Part shown: piece by piece, positions 17,864 to 27,632 of the stretch
How the letters are laid out: each line of letters begins with the position of its first letter
How positions within the stretch are numbered: position 1 is the stretch's first letter
Translations under genes and position numbers: made by a program
Notes under the pieces: generated by a model
The model's database searches: none
What the model saw: only the letters and a program-made list of their open reading frames with translations
Told to the model about the DNA's origin: nothing
Source: an uncultured Spirochaetales bacterium
GTDB lineage: Bacteria > Spirochaetota > Spirochaetia > SZUA-6 > CAZLRN01
Direction of reading: 5' to 3'
Assembly: GCA_964561715.1 (NCBI GenBank)
Contig: CAZLRN010000003.1
Location: 1-34,382, forward strand
DNA length: 34,382 bases

Positions 17864-17912
17864 GTTAATTCCTTAGGAATTAACCTTAGGAGTTACCTTC
17901 GGTAACTCCAGT
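17864..17912 (+). repeat. Tandem pair of short perfect hairpins in the fliE-fliF gap
   Basis: GTTAATTCC-TTA-GGAATTAAC (17864-17884) and GGAGTTACC-TTC-GGTAACTCC (17889-17909). Confidence 0.88.
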
Positions 17913-17927
17913 TTATCCTGCGTAAGT

Positions 17928-18335
17928 CTATCGCGTGCTAATAATCTCCCTATAGGCTCTCAAAGCCCGATCGACAATGGCCTTGGTCATCGAAAGCGAG
18001 AGATTGGCCTCGGCCATGGCGATCGTTATATCATGAACATTTACCGAGCCTGGATCCGTTATCATTTGCCGACCAAGCTGCGAAGCGATTTTCTGCTTGT
18101 CGTTGACTCCTTCGAAAGCTCGTGCCAATAGCATTCCGAACCCCGCTTCGGGCGTCTCTTCGACTGCCGTAATCTCTTCGAGACTCCCGGATAAGTGCCT
18201 GGCATCAGAGCGGACTAGACGGACAATGTGGCCGCTCGCTTCGCTAGAGGAAAGGTACCTACTCGGGGGCGAAAGGGTGCTCACCGTTAGCGGCGGCAAA
18301 GCTCCGACGTCCTTAACAGAAGATATAAACAACAC
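17928..18335 (-). CDS. fliE: Hook-basal body protein FliE
   Basis: VHDITIAMAEANLSLSMTKAIVDRALRAYREI; lies between flgC and fliF. Confidence 0.93.
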   Translation of the reverse strand: MLFISSVKDVGALPPLTVSTLSPPSRYLSSSEASGHIVRLVRSDARHLSGSLEEITAVEETPEAGFGMLLARAFEGVNDKQKIASQLGRQMITDPGSVNVHDITIAMAEANLSLSMTKAIVDRALRAYREIISTR

Positions 18336-18337
18336 TA

Positions 18338-18796
18338 CTACCTCCCAATCTCGAGAGCTTTCAGGAACATGCTCTTCGAGCCGTTGATGATAGCCACATT
18401 AGCCTCATAAGATCGAGAGGCTGAGATCATATCTACCATTTCGTTTACCACGTTCACATTTGGGAACTCTACGTATCCCTTGCGGGGCCCGCTCTTTATG
18501 GCATCCGGATGAGTGGGATCGTAAACGAGCCTTGGTTTCGAATCATAATCTTTGTCTATGCTGACGATTCGCACGCCTCTGCCGATGCCGTTATCCAGAT
18601 AGGGCGGCAGGAATGGGCCCCGCCAGTAAGGTTGAGATACTCGAGGCCTGAAAACGACACGGCTTCGCCGGAAAGGACCGCCCTCCGTGGTTCTGGTTGT
18701 ATTGACGTTGGCGATGTTGTTTGCAATCACATCGAGACGGGTTCGCTGTGCAGTCAGCCCTGAGGCGGCGATGTTGATGTTAGAAAAAAGTCCCAC
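18338..18796 (-). CDS. flgC: Basal-body rod protein FlgC
   Basis: IANNIANVNTTRT, YDPTHPDA, PNVNVVNEMVDMISASRSYEAN. Confidence 0.98.
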   Translation of the reverse strand: MGLFSNINIAASGLTAQRTRLDVIANNIANVNTTRTTEGGPFRRSRVVFRPRVSQPYWRGPFLPPYLDNGIGRGVRIVSIDKDYDSKPRLVYDPTHPDAIKSGPRKGYVEFPNVNVVNEMVDMISASRSYEANVAIINGSKSMFLKALEIGR

Positions 18797-18812
18797 CGTT
18801 TCCTCCTAACTT

Positions 18813-19229
18813 CTAGCGCAAAACCAGATTCACCCGGTTGAATTCGCCTGTTACAACCTGAGCCATGGTTTGATAGAGCAGCTGATTCTGTAAGAGGTCC
18901 ATCGTCTCCTGCTCTATATCTACATTGTTACCGTTGTTTTTTGATGTCGTAAGATAGTCCCAGAATCGGACAGGCTTGACATCCCGATAGTCCATAGGTC
19001 TGTGAAAAGCAATGTGCTTTGGATGGGTCATGAGATTGGGAAAGGGTTTCACCTTTTCTGATGCCAACGCTCTCTTCAATTGAGACTCGAAGTTAATGAC
19101 GCTCCTCTTGAAGTGAGGGGTGTCAGAGTTGGCGATGTTGTCAGCTATCACGTCCCTCCGCAAGAGCGATACATCCATCGTACGTTTGAGAATATCGAGG
19201 TTTTTACCAAAGCTTCCGCCGAAAAACAT
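18813..19229 (-). CDS. flgB: Basal-body rod protein FlgB
   Basis: IADNIANSDTPHFKRS, NNGNNVDIEQE. Confidence 0.97.
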   Translation of the reverse strand: MFFGGSFGKNLDILKRTMDVSLLRRDVIADNIANSDTPHFKRSVINFESQLKRALASEKVKPFPNLMTHPKHIAFHRPMDYRDVKPVRFWDYLTTSKNNGNNVDIEQETMDLLQNQLLYQTMAQVVTGEFNRVNLVLR

Positions 19230-19272
19230 GTCTCTCTCCCGTTATAGCCAGTTGTCGCTCGTCTCTAGTCCA

Positions 19273-19300
19273 TTTTCGGCCTTTTCTCAGCCCAATATTA
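19273..19300 (-). promoter_or_regulatory. Putative sigma28-type promoter of the flgB operon
   Basis: TAAT-N16-GCCGAAAA in the hslU-flgB gap, compared with the consensus TAAA-N15/16-GCCGATAA. Confidence 0.6.
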
Positions 19301-19306
19301 GCTGTC

Positions 19307-20824
19307 CTAGAGGATGAATCTCGTCAGATCTCGATCTTCAACGATGTTGGCCAACCTCTCGTCCACATACTCCCTGGTGATTCTGATCTCCTGGCCGGCA
19401 ATCTCCGGCGCTGAGAAGGATACCTCCTCCAAAAGACACTCCATGATTGTGTGGAGACGTCTCGCCCCTATATTCTCACTCTTCGAATTGACCTCCGTAG
19501 CGATTTCGGAAATCCGGTCGATGGCATCCTCATCGAACAGAAGCTTAACATCCTCTGTTTTGATCAGCTCCGTGTACTGGGTAATCAGCGCATTCTTGGG
19601 CAGCATCAAGATTTCCTTGAAATCATCCTTTGTCAAAGCCTGGAGCTCAACTCTCAAGGGAAATCGGCCCTGCAGCTCAGGTATCAGATCCGATGGCTTG
19701 CTCATGTGGAAAGCTCCAGCCGCAATAAAGAGAATGTGGGAGGTGTCAATCATCCCATGACGCGTATGAACCTTCGAGCCTTCGACGATAGGCAGTATAT
19801 CTCTCTGGACTCCTTCCCTGGATACATCCACACCGTAGCGGTTGTCCTTTGAGGCTATCTTATCAATCTCATCGAGGAAGATAATGCCCATCTCTTCGAC
19901 CCTCTGTTTGGCCATCTCCACGACTCGATCCATGTCGACAAGCTTATCCATCTCCTCTGCCAGCAGAAGCTCTCTGGCCTGCTTGACCGTAACACTCTTA
20001 CGCTTTTTTTTATTGCCGAAGAGATTTGTCAAATTGCCCAGATTAATATCCAGCTCTTCGAAGTTGGTTCCAGAGAACACTTGCATAGAGGGAAAGGCCT
20101 TTTGGGTGACATCCGCCTCCACTCTGCGGTCCTCCAAAAGGCCTTCTCGAAGCATTTGCCGGAATTTTTCTCTCGTCTTGCTTCCCGGGGCGCTGGCCGA
20201 GCTCGGCCGCTCACTGGGGGCGCCGGCCGTCGGGGCACCGGCTTTCGAATCAGCCGGTTTGGCTTCTGGCGTGCTCCCCTCTTCGGAAAACCCAGCACTC
20301 GCCTCCGTGAGAAAACCGGGGGTCAGGATCGCAGTTTCATCGGGCGGCGATCCGCCGGGCGGCGATCCGCCGGGCTGTGCCACGCCGGATTCTCTCTTGA
20401 TCCCCGGAAGGAGAAGATCCAGCAACCCCTCTTCCGTCCGACGCTCCGCCTCCTCTTTGACACCCTCCTGTAATTCCTGCTTGACCATTGAGAGGCCGAC
20501 GGACATCAGATCCCTGACCATGGACTCTACATCTCTGCCAACGTATCCGACTTCGGTGTATTTAGTGGCTTCAACCTTTAAAAATGGCGCACCGCAGAGC
20601 CTGGAGAGCCGACGGGCAATCTCTGTTTTCCCAACCCCTGTCGGTCCTATCATAATGATGTTCTTTGGTGCCACTTCGTCTCGCAACTCCTCCGGAAGTT
20701 TTTGCCGTCTCATACGGTTTCGCAGAGCGATGGCGACCGCTTTTTTTGCTTTCGACTGACCGATGATGTACTTGTCTAGCTCTCTGACAATCTCACGAGG
20801 GGTCAGCTTATCCAGATCAATCAT
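19307..20824 (-). CDS. hslU: ATP-dependent protease ATPase subunit HslU
   Basis: [48 protein letters not shown]-terminal DLTRFIL. Confidence 0.98.
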   Translation of the reverse strand: MIDLDKLTPREIVRELDKYIIGQSKAKKAVAIALRNRMRRQKLPEELRDEVAPKNIIMIGPTGVGKTEIARRLSRLCGAPFLKVEATKYTEVGYVGRDVESMVRDLMSVGLSMVKQELQEGVKEEAERRTEEGLLDLLLPGIKRESGVAQPGGSPPGGSPPDETAILTPGFLTEASAGFSEEGSTPEAKPADSKAGAPTAGAPSERPSSASAPGSKTREKFRQMLREGLLEDRRVEADVTQKAFPSMQVFSGTNFEELDINLGNLTNLFGNKKKRKSVTVKQARELLLAEEMDKLVDMDRVVEMAKQRVEEMGIIFLDEIDKIASKDNRYGVDVSREGVQRDILPIVEGSKVHTRHGMIDTSHILFIAAGAFHMSKPSDLIPELQGRFPLRVELQALTKDDFKEILMLPKNALITQYTELIKTEDVKLLFDEDAIDRISEIATEVNSKSENIGARRLHTIMECLLEEVSFSAPEIAGQEIRITREYVDERLANIVEDRDLTRFIL

Positions 20825-21363
20825 TTACTAAGCTCCTCTACCATAATTTCACTGTTAGTAAAGATACAAATCTTGGACGCGATTAGCAAAGATCGCTCGG
20901 CAATCTCCCGGGCTGAAAGCTCAGATCCCTCCATATAGGCCAGAGCCGCCGCATAGGCGTAATTTCCTCCCGAACCAATTGCAATGACGCCCTCATCAGG
21001 TTCGATCACATCCCCAGTTCCGGATATGAGAAGGGTTTTCTCCCGATTCCCGACCAGAAGGAGCGCTTCCAATCGCCTCAGCGCCCTATCCGTCCGCCAG
21101 TCTTTGGCCAGCTCCACTGACGCACGAGTCAAATCGCCTCCGAATTCCCGGACTTTGTCCTCGAATCTCTCGAAAAGAGTGAAGGCATCGGCCGCTGCTC
21201 CAGCGAATCCAACTAGAATTTGCCCATCGAAAATTTTACGGACTTTCCTCGTCTTTGCCTTCATTACGGTATCGCCCATGGTTACCTGGCCGTCGCCGGC
21301 CATGGCTACTTGACCGTCCCGCCGGACAGCAATAACCGTCGTGCCTTTAAACTCTTGCTTCAT
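20821..21363 (-). CDS. hslV: ATP-dependent protease peptidase subunit HslV
   Basis: Short propeptide then TTVIAV (catalytic Thr), [15 protein letters not shown]. Confidence 0.98.
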   Translation of the reverse strand: MKQEFKGTTVIAVRRDGQVAMAGDGQVTMGDTVMKAKTRKVRKIFDGQILVGFAGAAADAFTLFERFEDKVREFGGDLTRASVELAKDWRTDRALRRLEALLLVGNREKTLLISGTGDVIEPDEGVIAIGSGGNYAYAAALAYMEGSELSAREIAERSLLIASKICIFTNSEIMVEELSK

Positions 21364-21419
21364 ATCGTTACCTCTTCACTGTCCTCCTCAATCCAAAAAG
21401 CGCTTCTCTTTCCATGAGA

Positions 21420-22292
21420 CTATCTTTTACCATGAGGATGAGCATCGCGATAAATCTCCTTCAGCCTGTCCAACCCCACATGTGTGTAAACCTGAGTTGT
21501 GGAAAGACTGGCATGCCCCAAGAGCTCCTGCACGACGCGGATGTCGGCGCCTCGGTTTAGTATATGCGTCGCAAAGGAGTGTCGGAGAGTATGGGGTGTG
21601 ACCTTTCTGTCGAATCTCAGCCTCCTCAGATGTTTTTGAAGGATGTATCTGACTCCCCGGTCTGTGAGCCGGCCGCCTCGTCGATTGATGAACAGGGCAG
21701 AGCCTCGAAGCTCGGCCGGCACATGGTATGTTCTCTTGGATAGATACTCCTTCAAGACCCTTGCTGCCGCTTTTCCCAGAAATACGTTCCGTTCTCTGTT
21801 GCCCTTGCCCAAAACCGTCACGGTGCGGCTCTTCAAGTCGACATCCTGCAAATCCAGAGCGACGGCTTCGGATATGCGGCATCCCGTCGAGTAGAGAAAC
21901 TCCAAGACAGCTCTATCTCTAATGTCCCAGAATCCCTCCTGCGAAGAACTCAGAAGCTGCTCTGTTTCTTCCTCGAACAGGAAATTGGGCAGCTTCCTGG
22001 TCAATTTTACGCCCCGCGCATTGGCTGTCGGATTGCTCTTGGCGTGTCCAAAGCGGTGCTTGAATCTATAATACCCCCTTACAGAGGAAAGAATCCGATT
22101 GATCGTACTGGAGGAGAGACCCTTTCGTGAAAGGGAGCCGATAAAGGGGCGAAGGAAATCCGCCTCATTTTCATCGAATCCCTCCCGGTCGAGAAACCGA
22201 CGCAACAATCCGAGATCCCGTGCATAGGCTTTGAGTGTATTTTTCGAAAGATTCCTGACGCTCTTCAGATACTGCAAAAACTGCTCGATCAC
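21420..22292 (-). CDS. xerC: Tyrosine recombinase, XerC-like
   Basis: RDRAVLEFLYSTGCRISE, GKGNRER, PHTLRHSFATH, LLGH, TTQVYTH. Probable GTG start at 22292 overlapping the dprA stop. Confidence 0.88.
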   Translation of the reverse strand: MIEQFLQYLKSVRNLSKNTLKAYARDLGLLRRFLDREGFDENEADFLRPFIGSLSRKGLSSSTINRILSSVRGYYRFKHRFGHAKSNPTANARGVKLTRKLPNFLFEEETEQLLSSSQEGFWDIRDRAVLEFLYSTGCRISEAVALDLQDVDLKSRTVTVLGKGNRERNVFLGKAAARVLKEYLSKRTYHVPAELRGSALFINRRGGRLTDRGVRYILQKHLRRLRFDRKVTPHTLRHSFATHILNRGADIRVVQELLGHASLSTTQVYTHVGLDRLKEIYRDAHPHGKR

Positions 22293-23359
22293 GGCCTGTT
22301 CCCCCCAGGCTCTTGGCCCCGGGTCCCCGAAAGAGCCTTCCAAGCAGTCAGCTCCCTTTCGAAGAGCTCGGCCAGCTGTCTGCCGCTCACCTCGGAGGAG
22401 GCTTTGCCCAACATAGAGATGTCGCTGTCCATCGCCGGCGGCGGAACCCATCCCCAGCTACGCAGAATCTCTTTACCCCCCGAAATTACTTCGGCGCCAT
22501 CCTCTGCCAGAGCCGCAGATCCCCCACTCGCCGGACCTGCCACACCAACACGGTGCACAAAGAGATCCCTTCCCTGACTCAGAGCGAAATCAGCCGTGAT
22601 CAGAGCGCCAGAACGCTCGGGTGCCTGGATCACTACAACAGCACGACAGAGGCCGCTAATAATCCGATTGCGCGCTGGGAACTGGAACTTGCGGGGCGGC
22701 GTCCCGGGTGGGTATTCACTGATCAGCGCTCCCCCCCTCTGCAATATCTCGCGTGCAAGTCCCACGCTGGATTTAGGATAGACCGTATTGAGACCGTTCG
22801 CCAGGACTGCGATTGCAGGGGCGCCGCCCATCAGGCAACCACGATGAGCCTCTGCATCTATTCCCCGAGCCAGCCCCGAAACCACGCCCAAACCCGCAGA
22901 AGACAACTCGGCGCCCAGCCGGCACGCCGCATCACGCCCCGCGCCAGTCGGGCGTCTGGTACCGATAACCGCAACCAGAGGCTTCGTTGGGTCGGGCAGA
23001 CAGCCCCTATAATAGAGAAGAATGGGAGCATCGTCGAGTTCACGCAATTGCGGAGGGTACCCCTCATCATACAATGGCAGGGCTTTGATCACGCCTCTAT
23101 CCAGAATCTCGCTATCTTGCCCCACTTCCTGCAAAAAACGAGTCGGCTCCCAGGTGGCTCGAAGGAACCTTCTGCCGACTAGAGAGGAGAGTTGATCTTT
23201 CGTCAGCGCAAACAATCTCCCCGGTTCGGGAAACGTATCGAGGAGCAATCTCTTTTCGGATGGCCTCAGGAAAGAGATCCGGGAGAGGGCCAGGTAATGC
23301 TCCAATGACCATTTCCCACTATTTGAATTGGACAATCCGCTACTCTCCATACCTCTCAT
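22289..23359 (-). CDS. dprA: DNA-processing protein DprA (Smf)
   Basis: YPPQLREL, VAVIGTR, VVSGLARGIDAEAH, FPARNRIISGL, SGALITA. Confidence 0.96.
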   Translation of the reverse strand: MRGMESSGLSNSNSGKWSLEHYLALSRISFLRPSEKRLLLDTFPEPGRLFALTKDQLSSLVGRRFLRATWEPTRFLQEVGQDSEILDRGVIKALPLYDEGYPPQLRELDDAPILLYYRGCLPDPTKPLVAVIGTRRPTGAGRDAACRLGAELSSAGLGVVSGLARGIDAEAHRGCLMGGAPAIAVLANGLNTVYPKSSVGLAREILQRGGALISEYPPGTPPRKFQFPARNRIISGLCRAVVVIQAPERSGALITADFALSQGRDLFVHRVGVAGPASGGSAALAEDGAEVISGGKEILRSWGWVPPPAMDSDISMLGKASSEVSGRQLAELFERELTAWKALSGTRGQEPGGNRP

Positions 23360-24236
23360 CCATAATACGCTTCTTGTTTTCTATGGCTTTTTCTACTCGC
23401 TCCGGAATCTTCGAAATCCTCTCGATCATCTCGTACTGCTGAATGGCCTCGTCGTACCGGCCGGTCCGATAGTATACATTCGCCAGCAGAAAAAGAGCAT
23501 CCGTATTTTGGCTTTCGATCTTCAACAGCCTTGTGAGCAGAGGCTCGGCTTCGGATGGCCTGCCCATCTCGTAGACGAGGAGAATGGAAAGGCCATAAAG
23601 AGCATCCGAGTAGCCGGGATAGATCTCGATGGCTCGTTTGTAGTACCGTTCGGCGAGCTCGAACCAGGATGCCCTTTTTTTCTCATCCCGGATCATCGCT
23701 TTTCCCATTTTCGCTGCGCACAGACCGGAGTAATAGTGCAAAATCTCATTATCCGGATAAATCTCGATAGCCTTCTCCAGATACCTCAACGCCTCACCGT
23801 AGATTCCCTTGTCGATATAGCCCAGCGCAAGTGCCTCGCGGAAAAGGCTTGTCGAAATATCCTCGCTGTTTCGCCCCTCCACATCGAAGAAGGAAGGCTT
23901 TCCTGTGCTTTGGCTCAGGCTTTTCTCGGCTATCGTTTGCATGAGGCCGTCAATCTCAAGGTATTTCATGGCGACGTTCTTGTAGAGAACACCTATCTGT
24001 TCCGCCTCGGCAATCCTGTCCTGCACATCGCTCTGATAGCGGGAGAGAATCTTCCTTATCTCTTCAACAGTTTCCGGTGACACAGGTTTTCCCTGATATT
24101 CGGGTTGATCCATAGAGGCGAGGATCTCTAATGTAGACATATCCGTCTTTCTCTCACAGGAGAGAATCGAGAGGCTCACTGCAATAAGCATTGAAATGAG
24201 GTTGGTACAATATGCCCCTCTAGACAATAAATGCAT
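23340..24236 (-). CDS. Tetratricopeptide-repeat protein, probable lipoprotein
   Basis: Hydrophobic N-terminus ending ILS-C (lipobox-like); several TPR motifs (ALRYLEKAIEIYP, YYKRAIEIYP, LFLLANVYYRTGRYDEA). Confidence 0.85.
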   Translation of the reverse strand: MHLLSRGAYCTNLISMLIAVSLSILSCERKTDMSTLEILASMDQPEYQGKPVSPETVEEIRKILSRYQSDVQDRIAEAEQIGVLYKNVAMKYLEIDGLMQTIAEKSLSQSTGKPSFFDVEGRNSEDISTSLFREALALGYIDKGIYGEALRYLEKAIEIYPDNEILHYYSGLCAAKMGKAMIRDEKKRASWFELAERYYKRAIEIYPGYSDALYGLSILLVYEMGRPSEAEPLLTRLLKIESQNTDALFLLANVYYRTGRYDEAIQQYEMIERISKIPERVEKAIENKKRIMDERYGE

Positions 24237-24253
24237 AAACCGGGCTCCTGCAT

Positions 24254-25150
24254 TTAGGATCGCGGATGAAATCTGTCATGATAGGATTGGAGCTCCTTCT
24301 GGCCCACATGGGTATATATCTGGGTTGTGCCTATGTCGGCGTGTCCCAGCAATTCCTGAACCGATCTCAGATCCGCACCTCCGGCAAGAAGATGGGTGGC
24401 AAAGGAATGACGCAGGGTATGAATTTTTCCCTGCAGTCCCGCTCTGCCGAGGATCTGGTTAAATCGCTTCCACATGCCTTTTCGGGACAGCTTTTTCCCA
24501 CGGCGGCTTAAAAACAGATGGTCATCCCGCCCTGCACTGGTCAGACTGGGTCTTGCCTCAGCGAGGTAGCGCCTCAACCAGTACTCGGCAACTTCGCCCA
24601 AGGGGGTGTAGCGATCCTTACTCCCTTTTCCGGTAACATGCAGAGCTTTATCGCTGAGAAACAGAGAACCCAGAGACAACTCCACCGCTTCCGAAACTCG
24701 AAGCCCGCAAGAGTAGATCAGCTCAAAGAGAGCGCGGTCTCTCAGACCCAACGCCGTCGAGGTGTCTATGGAAGCAAGAAACTGGTCAACCTCTCCCTGC
24801 GAAAACACCCTTGGGATTTTTCTGGGAATCCTTGGGCTCTCAATGAGCTCGGCGGGATTCGATTCGATGATTTTTTCGAGCAAAAGGTATCGGAAAAACG
24901 ATCGAATGGCGCTCAGCGCTTTTGCCAGGGTTCTCTGGGTCACTCCTTTAAGCTGACGCCAGACAAAGAATTCGATCAGCTCAGAGCTCTCTACCTCGCC
25001 GATGCCTTTTTTTTTATCCTTCAGAAAATCGATGAAGACCCTCAAATCCGCGAGATAGGTTCTGACCGTCTGCGAAGAGAGTCGAAGCTCCACATTCAGA
25101 TAATCCTCAAATCCTTGGAGTATCCTTTTTATTTCGCGTTTGTCATACAT
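24254..25150 (-). CDS. xerD: Tyrosine recombinase, XerD-like
   Basis: RDRALFELIYSCGLRVSE, GKGSKDR, HTLRHSFATHLL, LLGHADIGTTQIYTHV, FHPR C-terminus. Confidence 0.88.
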   Translation of the reverse strand: MYDKREIKRILQGFEDYLNVELRLSSQTVRTYLADLRVFIDFLKDKKKGIGEVESSELIEFFVWRQLKGVTQRTLAKALSAIRSFFRYLLLEKIIESNPAELIESPRIPRKIPRVFSQGEVDQFLASIDTSTALGLRDRALFELIYSCGLRVSEAVELSLGSLFLSDKALHVTGKGSKDRYTPLGEVAEYWLRRYLAEARPSLTSAGRDDHLFLSRRGKKLSRKGMWKRFNQILGRAGLQGKIHTLRHSFATHLLAGGADLRSVQELLGHADIGTTQIYTHVGQKELQSYHDRFHPRS

Positions 25151-25177
25151 AAAAGATCAGGCTTGTTCGAGATCGCT

Positions 25178-26344
25178 CTACGTGTCCCCCTGTCCCACAA
25201 CCCTCTTGTCCTTTTCTCGCAAAACTGTGGGTACGCAGAGATCGGCCTCCCGGGAGTTTCTTCCCATCAGGTAGTTGTTTTCAGTCTTTTTTCGAATGCC
25301 CTTGCTCATTTGAATCCACTCCTCTGTGGAGATCAGCTCACCCTGCCCCTCCGAACCAACGGGCGTTTCAACACTCCTCGCCGCTGTGTGAAATCCCGTG
25401 GCGATAACAGTCACCTTGATCCGCTCCTCCATAGCGCTATCGATGGTGTGACCGGTGATCACGATGGCGTCCCTGTCGGCATTGGCGGTTATGATCCTCA
25501 ATACCTCTTCGAATTCCGAAAGTGATAAATCGTCGCCACCCGTCACGTTGACAAGAATTCCCTTTGCCCCTTCGATCTTTGCATCTTCGAGAAGCGGATT
25601 GTTTATGGCATTCGTAGCTGCATCTACGGCTCGATTGTCGCCTGTTCCAATTCCGATGCCCATTAGGGCATCACCTTTGCCCTTCATAATGGTGCGTACA
25701 TCGGCAAAATCTATATTGATTTCTCCGGCTTCGGTTATCAGATCGGAGATGCCTTGAACACCCTGGCGTAGCACATCATCCGCTAGAAAAAAGGCTTCTT
25801 TGATAGGCGTCTTTTTTTCGACTATTTTGAGCAGATACTGATTGGGTATGACGATCAAGGTGTCTACCGATTCTCTGAGCTTCTGGATACCATCTTCGGC
25901 GATCGCCATTTTCTTCTTGCCCTCAAAATCAAAGGGCTTCGTAACCACGGCGACGGTCAAGATATCCAGGTCCCGGGCAAGCTGAGCGAGAATGGGAGCT
26001 GCCCCGGTTCCGGTTCCTCCCCCCATGCCGGCGGTGATGAAAATCATATCAGAGCCGCCAACAATGTTTTCTATGCCCTCTCGGTCTTCGAGAGCGGCCT
26101 TTTCACCAATTTCGGGTACACCTCCGGCGCCGAGTCCCTGGGTTAGCTTTGTGCCGATAGGCACCTTCAGCTCGGCTTGTGAAAGCTTCAGCGCCTGCAG
26201 ATCTGTATTGACTGCGATGAATTCGACATTCTTCAATCCGGAGGCAATCATGCGGTTAACAGCGTTGCTGCCTCCTCCGCCGACACCAATAACCTTTATC
26301 GCCGTTATAGTTGTCGAGCCGTCTTCGACTAATTCTATATTCAT
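25178..26344 (-). CDS. ftsZ: Cell division protein FtsZ
   Basis: [23 protein letters not shown] tubulin signature, INIDFADV, C-terminal VPTVLR. Confidence 0.99.
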   Translation of the reverse strand: MNIELVEDGSTTITAIKVIGVGGGGSNAVNRMIASGLKNVEFIAVNTDLQALKLSQAELKVPIGTKLTQGLGAGGVPEIGEKAALEDREGIENIVGGSDMIFITAGMGGGTGTGAAPILAQLARDLDILTVAVVTKPFDFEGKKKMAIAEDGIQKLRESVDTLIVIPNQYLLKIVEKKTPIKEAFFLADDVLRQGVQGISDLITEAGEINIDFADVRTIMKGKGDALMGIGIGTGDNRAVDAATNAINNPLLEDAKIEGAKGILVNVTGGDDLSLSEFEEVLRIITANADRDAIVITGHTIDSAMEERIKVTVIATGFHTAARSVETPVGSEGQGELISTEEWIQMSKGIRKKTENNYLMGRNSREADLCVPTVLREKDKRVVGQGDT

Positions 26345-26390
26345 GATCCCCTCCCTCTATAGAATTACTCAGTTAGCGATTCGAAATATT

Positions 26391-27629
26391 CTAAAAAAAC
26401 TCTTTAAACCAGTTCTTCATCCTATACATAAAACCCGTGAGCCTTTCGGGCCCTTTGGTTTTACGCAGATTCTCAGGCACATCGCCTTTCTGCGCTCCGT
26501 ATAAAACGAGACCAATCCCGGTGGAGTAGATGGGATTGTAATACTCCTCCACCAGTCCGCCCAATTTCATCGGATAGCCGATCCGCGCCGGCAGATCAAA
26601 CACCTCTTGGGCCAGCTCGACAGTCCCGGGCACCAGCGAGGCGCCTCCTGTCAGAACGACGCCGCCTCCCAACAGCCTGAGATAGCCCTTCTTTTCGATC
26701 TGATCCTTGACCATGCTAAGCATCTCGCTCATCCTCGGCTGGATGATCCTCACGATATCCTTCTTAAATCTCACCGATGGCGGTCGTCCCCCGACTCCGG
26801 GGATTCTCACCTCCTCGTCTCCCTGGAGGAGGTCCGCGTAGCAGCATCCCGATTCGATCTTGATTCGCTCAGCGGAATCCATCGGGGTCTTGAGCACGAT
26901 CGAGAGATCATTGGTCACCTGATCCCCGCCTACAGGCAGTACCTCGGTGTAATAGGGGGAACCGTCGATGTGTACAAGCACATCGGTTGTTCCTCCTCCC
27001 AGATCGATCAAAAGTGTGCCTAGCTCGCGTTCATCTGTCGTCAGCACGGCCCGAGACGAAGCGAGTGGCTCAAGTATCATATCGTAGACTTTGAAACCCG
27101 CACGGTTGACGCATTTCACGATGTTCTGCGCCGAGGATACCGAGCCCGTCACAATATGGACTTCGGCCTCGAGACGCACTCCCATCATGCCGACAGGATT
27201 CTTCACTCCTCTCTGGTCGTCAACTATAAACTCCTGGGGTATGACATGGAGCACCTCTCGATCCATGGGAAATGCGATGGCTTTTCCGGCATCTATCACT
27301 CGGTCGACGTCTTCTGAGCTGATCTCTCGATCTTTGCCGGTCACGGCTACCACACCGCGAGAGTTGATGCCCTCGATATGGCTACCAGCTACACCAGTGA
27401 ACACCCCCTGTATCTCTCGACCCGACATGAGCTCCGCAGCTTCGATGGCGTTGAGGATGCACTTGACCGTCGCTTCGATATTGATCACAACCCCCCGCCT
27501 TAGCCCTTTCGAACGGGTTGTGCCGACGCCGATAATCTCCAGCTTGCCATGTACATCAAGCTGGCCGATGATCGCACAGATCTTCGTTGTGCCTATATCT
27601 AACCCTACAATAAGGTCTTCCTGCGGCAC
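26391..27629 (-). CDS. ftsA: Cell division protein FtsA
   Basis: VGLDIGTTK, IDLGGGTTD, VLTGGAS, C-terminal amphipathic helix MKNWFKEFF. Confidence 0.98.
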   Translation of the reverse strand: MPQEDLIVGLDIGTTKICAIIGQLDVHGKLEIIGVGTTRSKGLRRGVVINIEATVKCILNAIEAAELMSGREIQGVFTGVAGSHIEGINSRGVVAVTGKDREISSEDVDRVIDAGKAIAFPMDREVLHVIPQEFIVDDQRGVKNPVGMMGVRLEAEVHIVTGSVSSAQNIVKCVNRAGFKVYDMILEPLASSRAVLTTDERELGTLLIDLGGGTTDVLVHIDGSPYYTEVLPVGGDQVTNDLSIVLKTPMDSAERIKIESGCCYADLLQGDEEVRIPGVGGRPPSVRFKKDIVRIIQPRMSEMLSMVKDQIEKKGYLRLLGGGVVLTGGASLVPGTVELAQEVFDLPARIGYPMKLGGLVEEYYNPIYSTGIGLVLYGAQKGDVPENLRKTKGPERLTGFMYRMKNWFKEFF

Positions 27630-27632
27630 AGA

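Noticed and set aside
21368-21415. 15-codon ORF ([15 protein letters not shown]) and an extra GAGGAGG between xerC and hslV
   Set aside because: No convincing SD for that ATG, and this length is expected by chance; hslV has its own GAGGT SD.
21420-25150. Two tyrosine recombinases as an integrated mobile element
   Set aside because: Both look like housekeeping XerC/XerD in known spirochete synteny; no att repeats, cargo or obvious composition shift.
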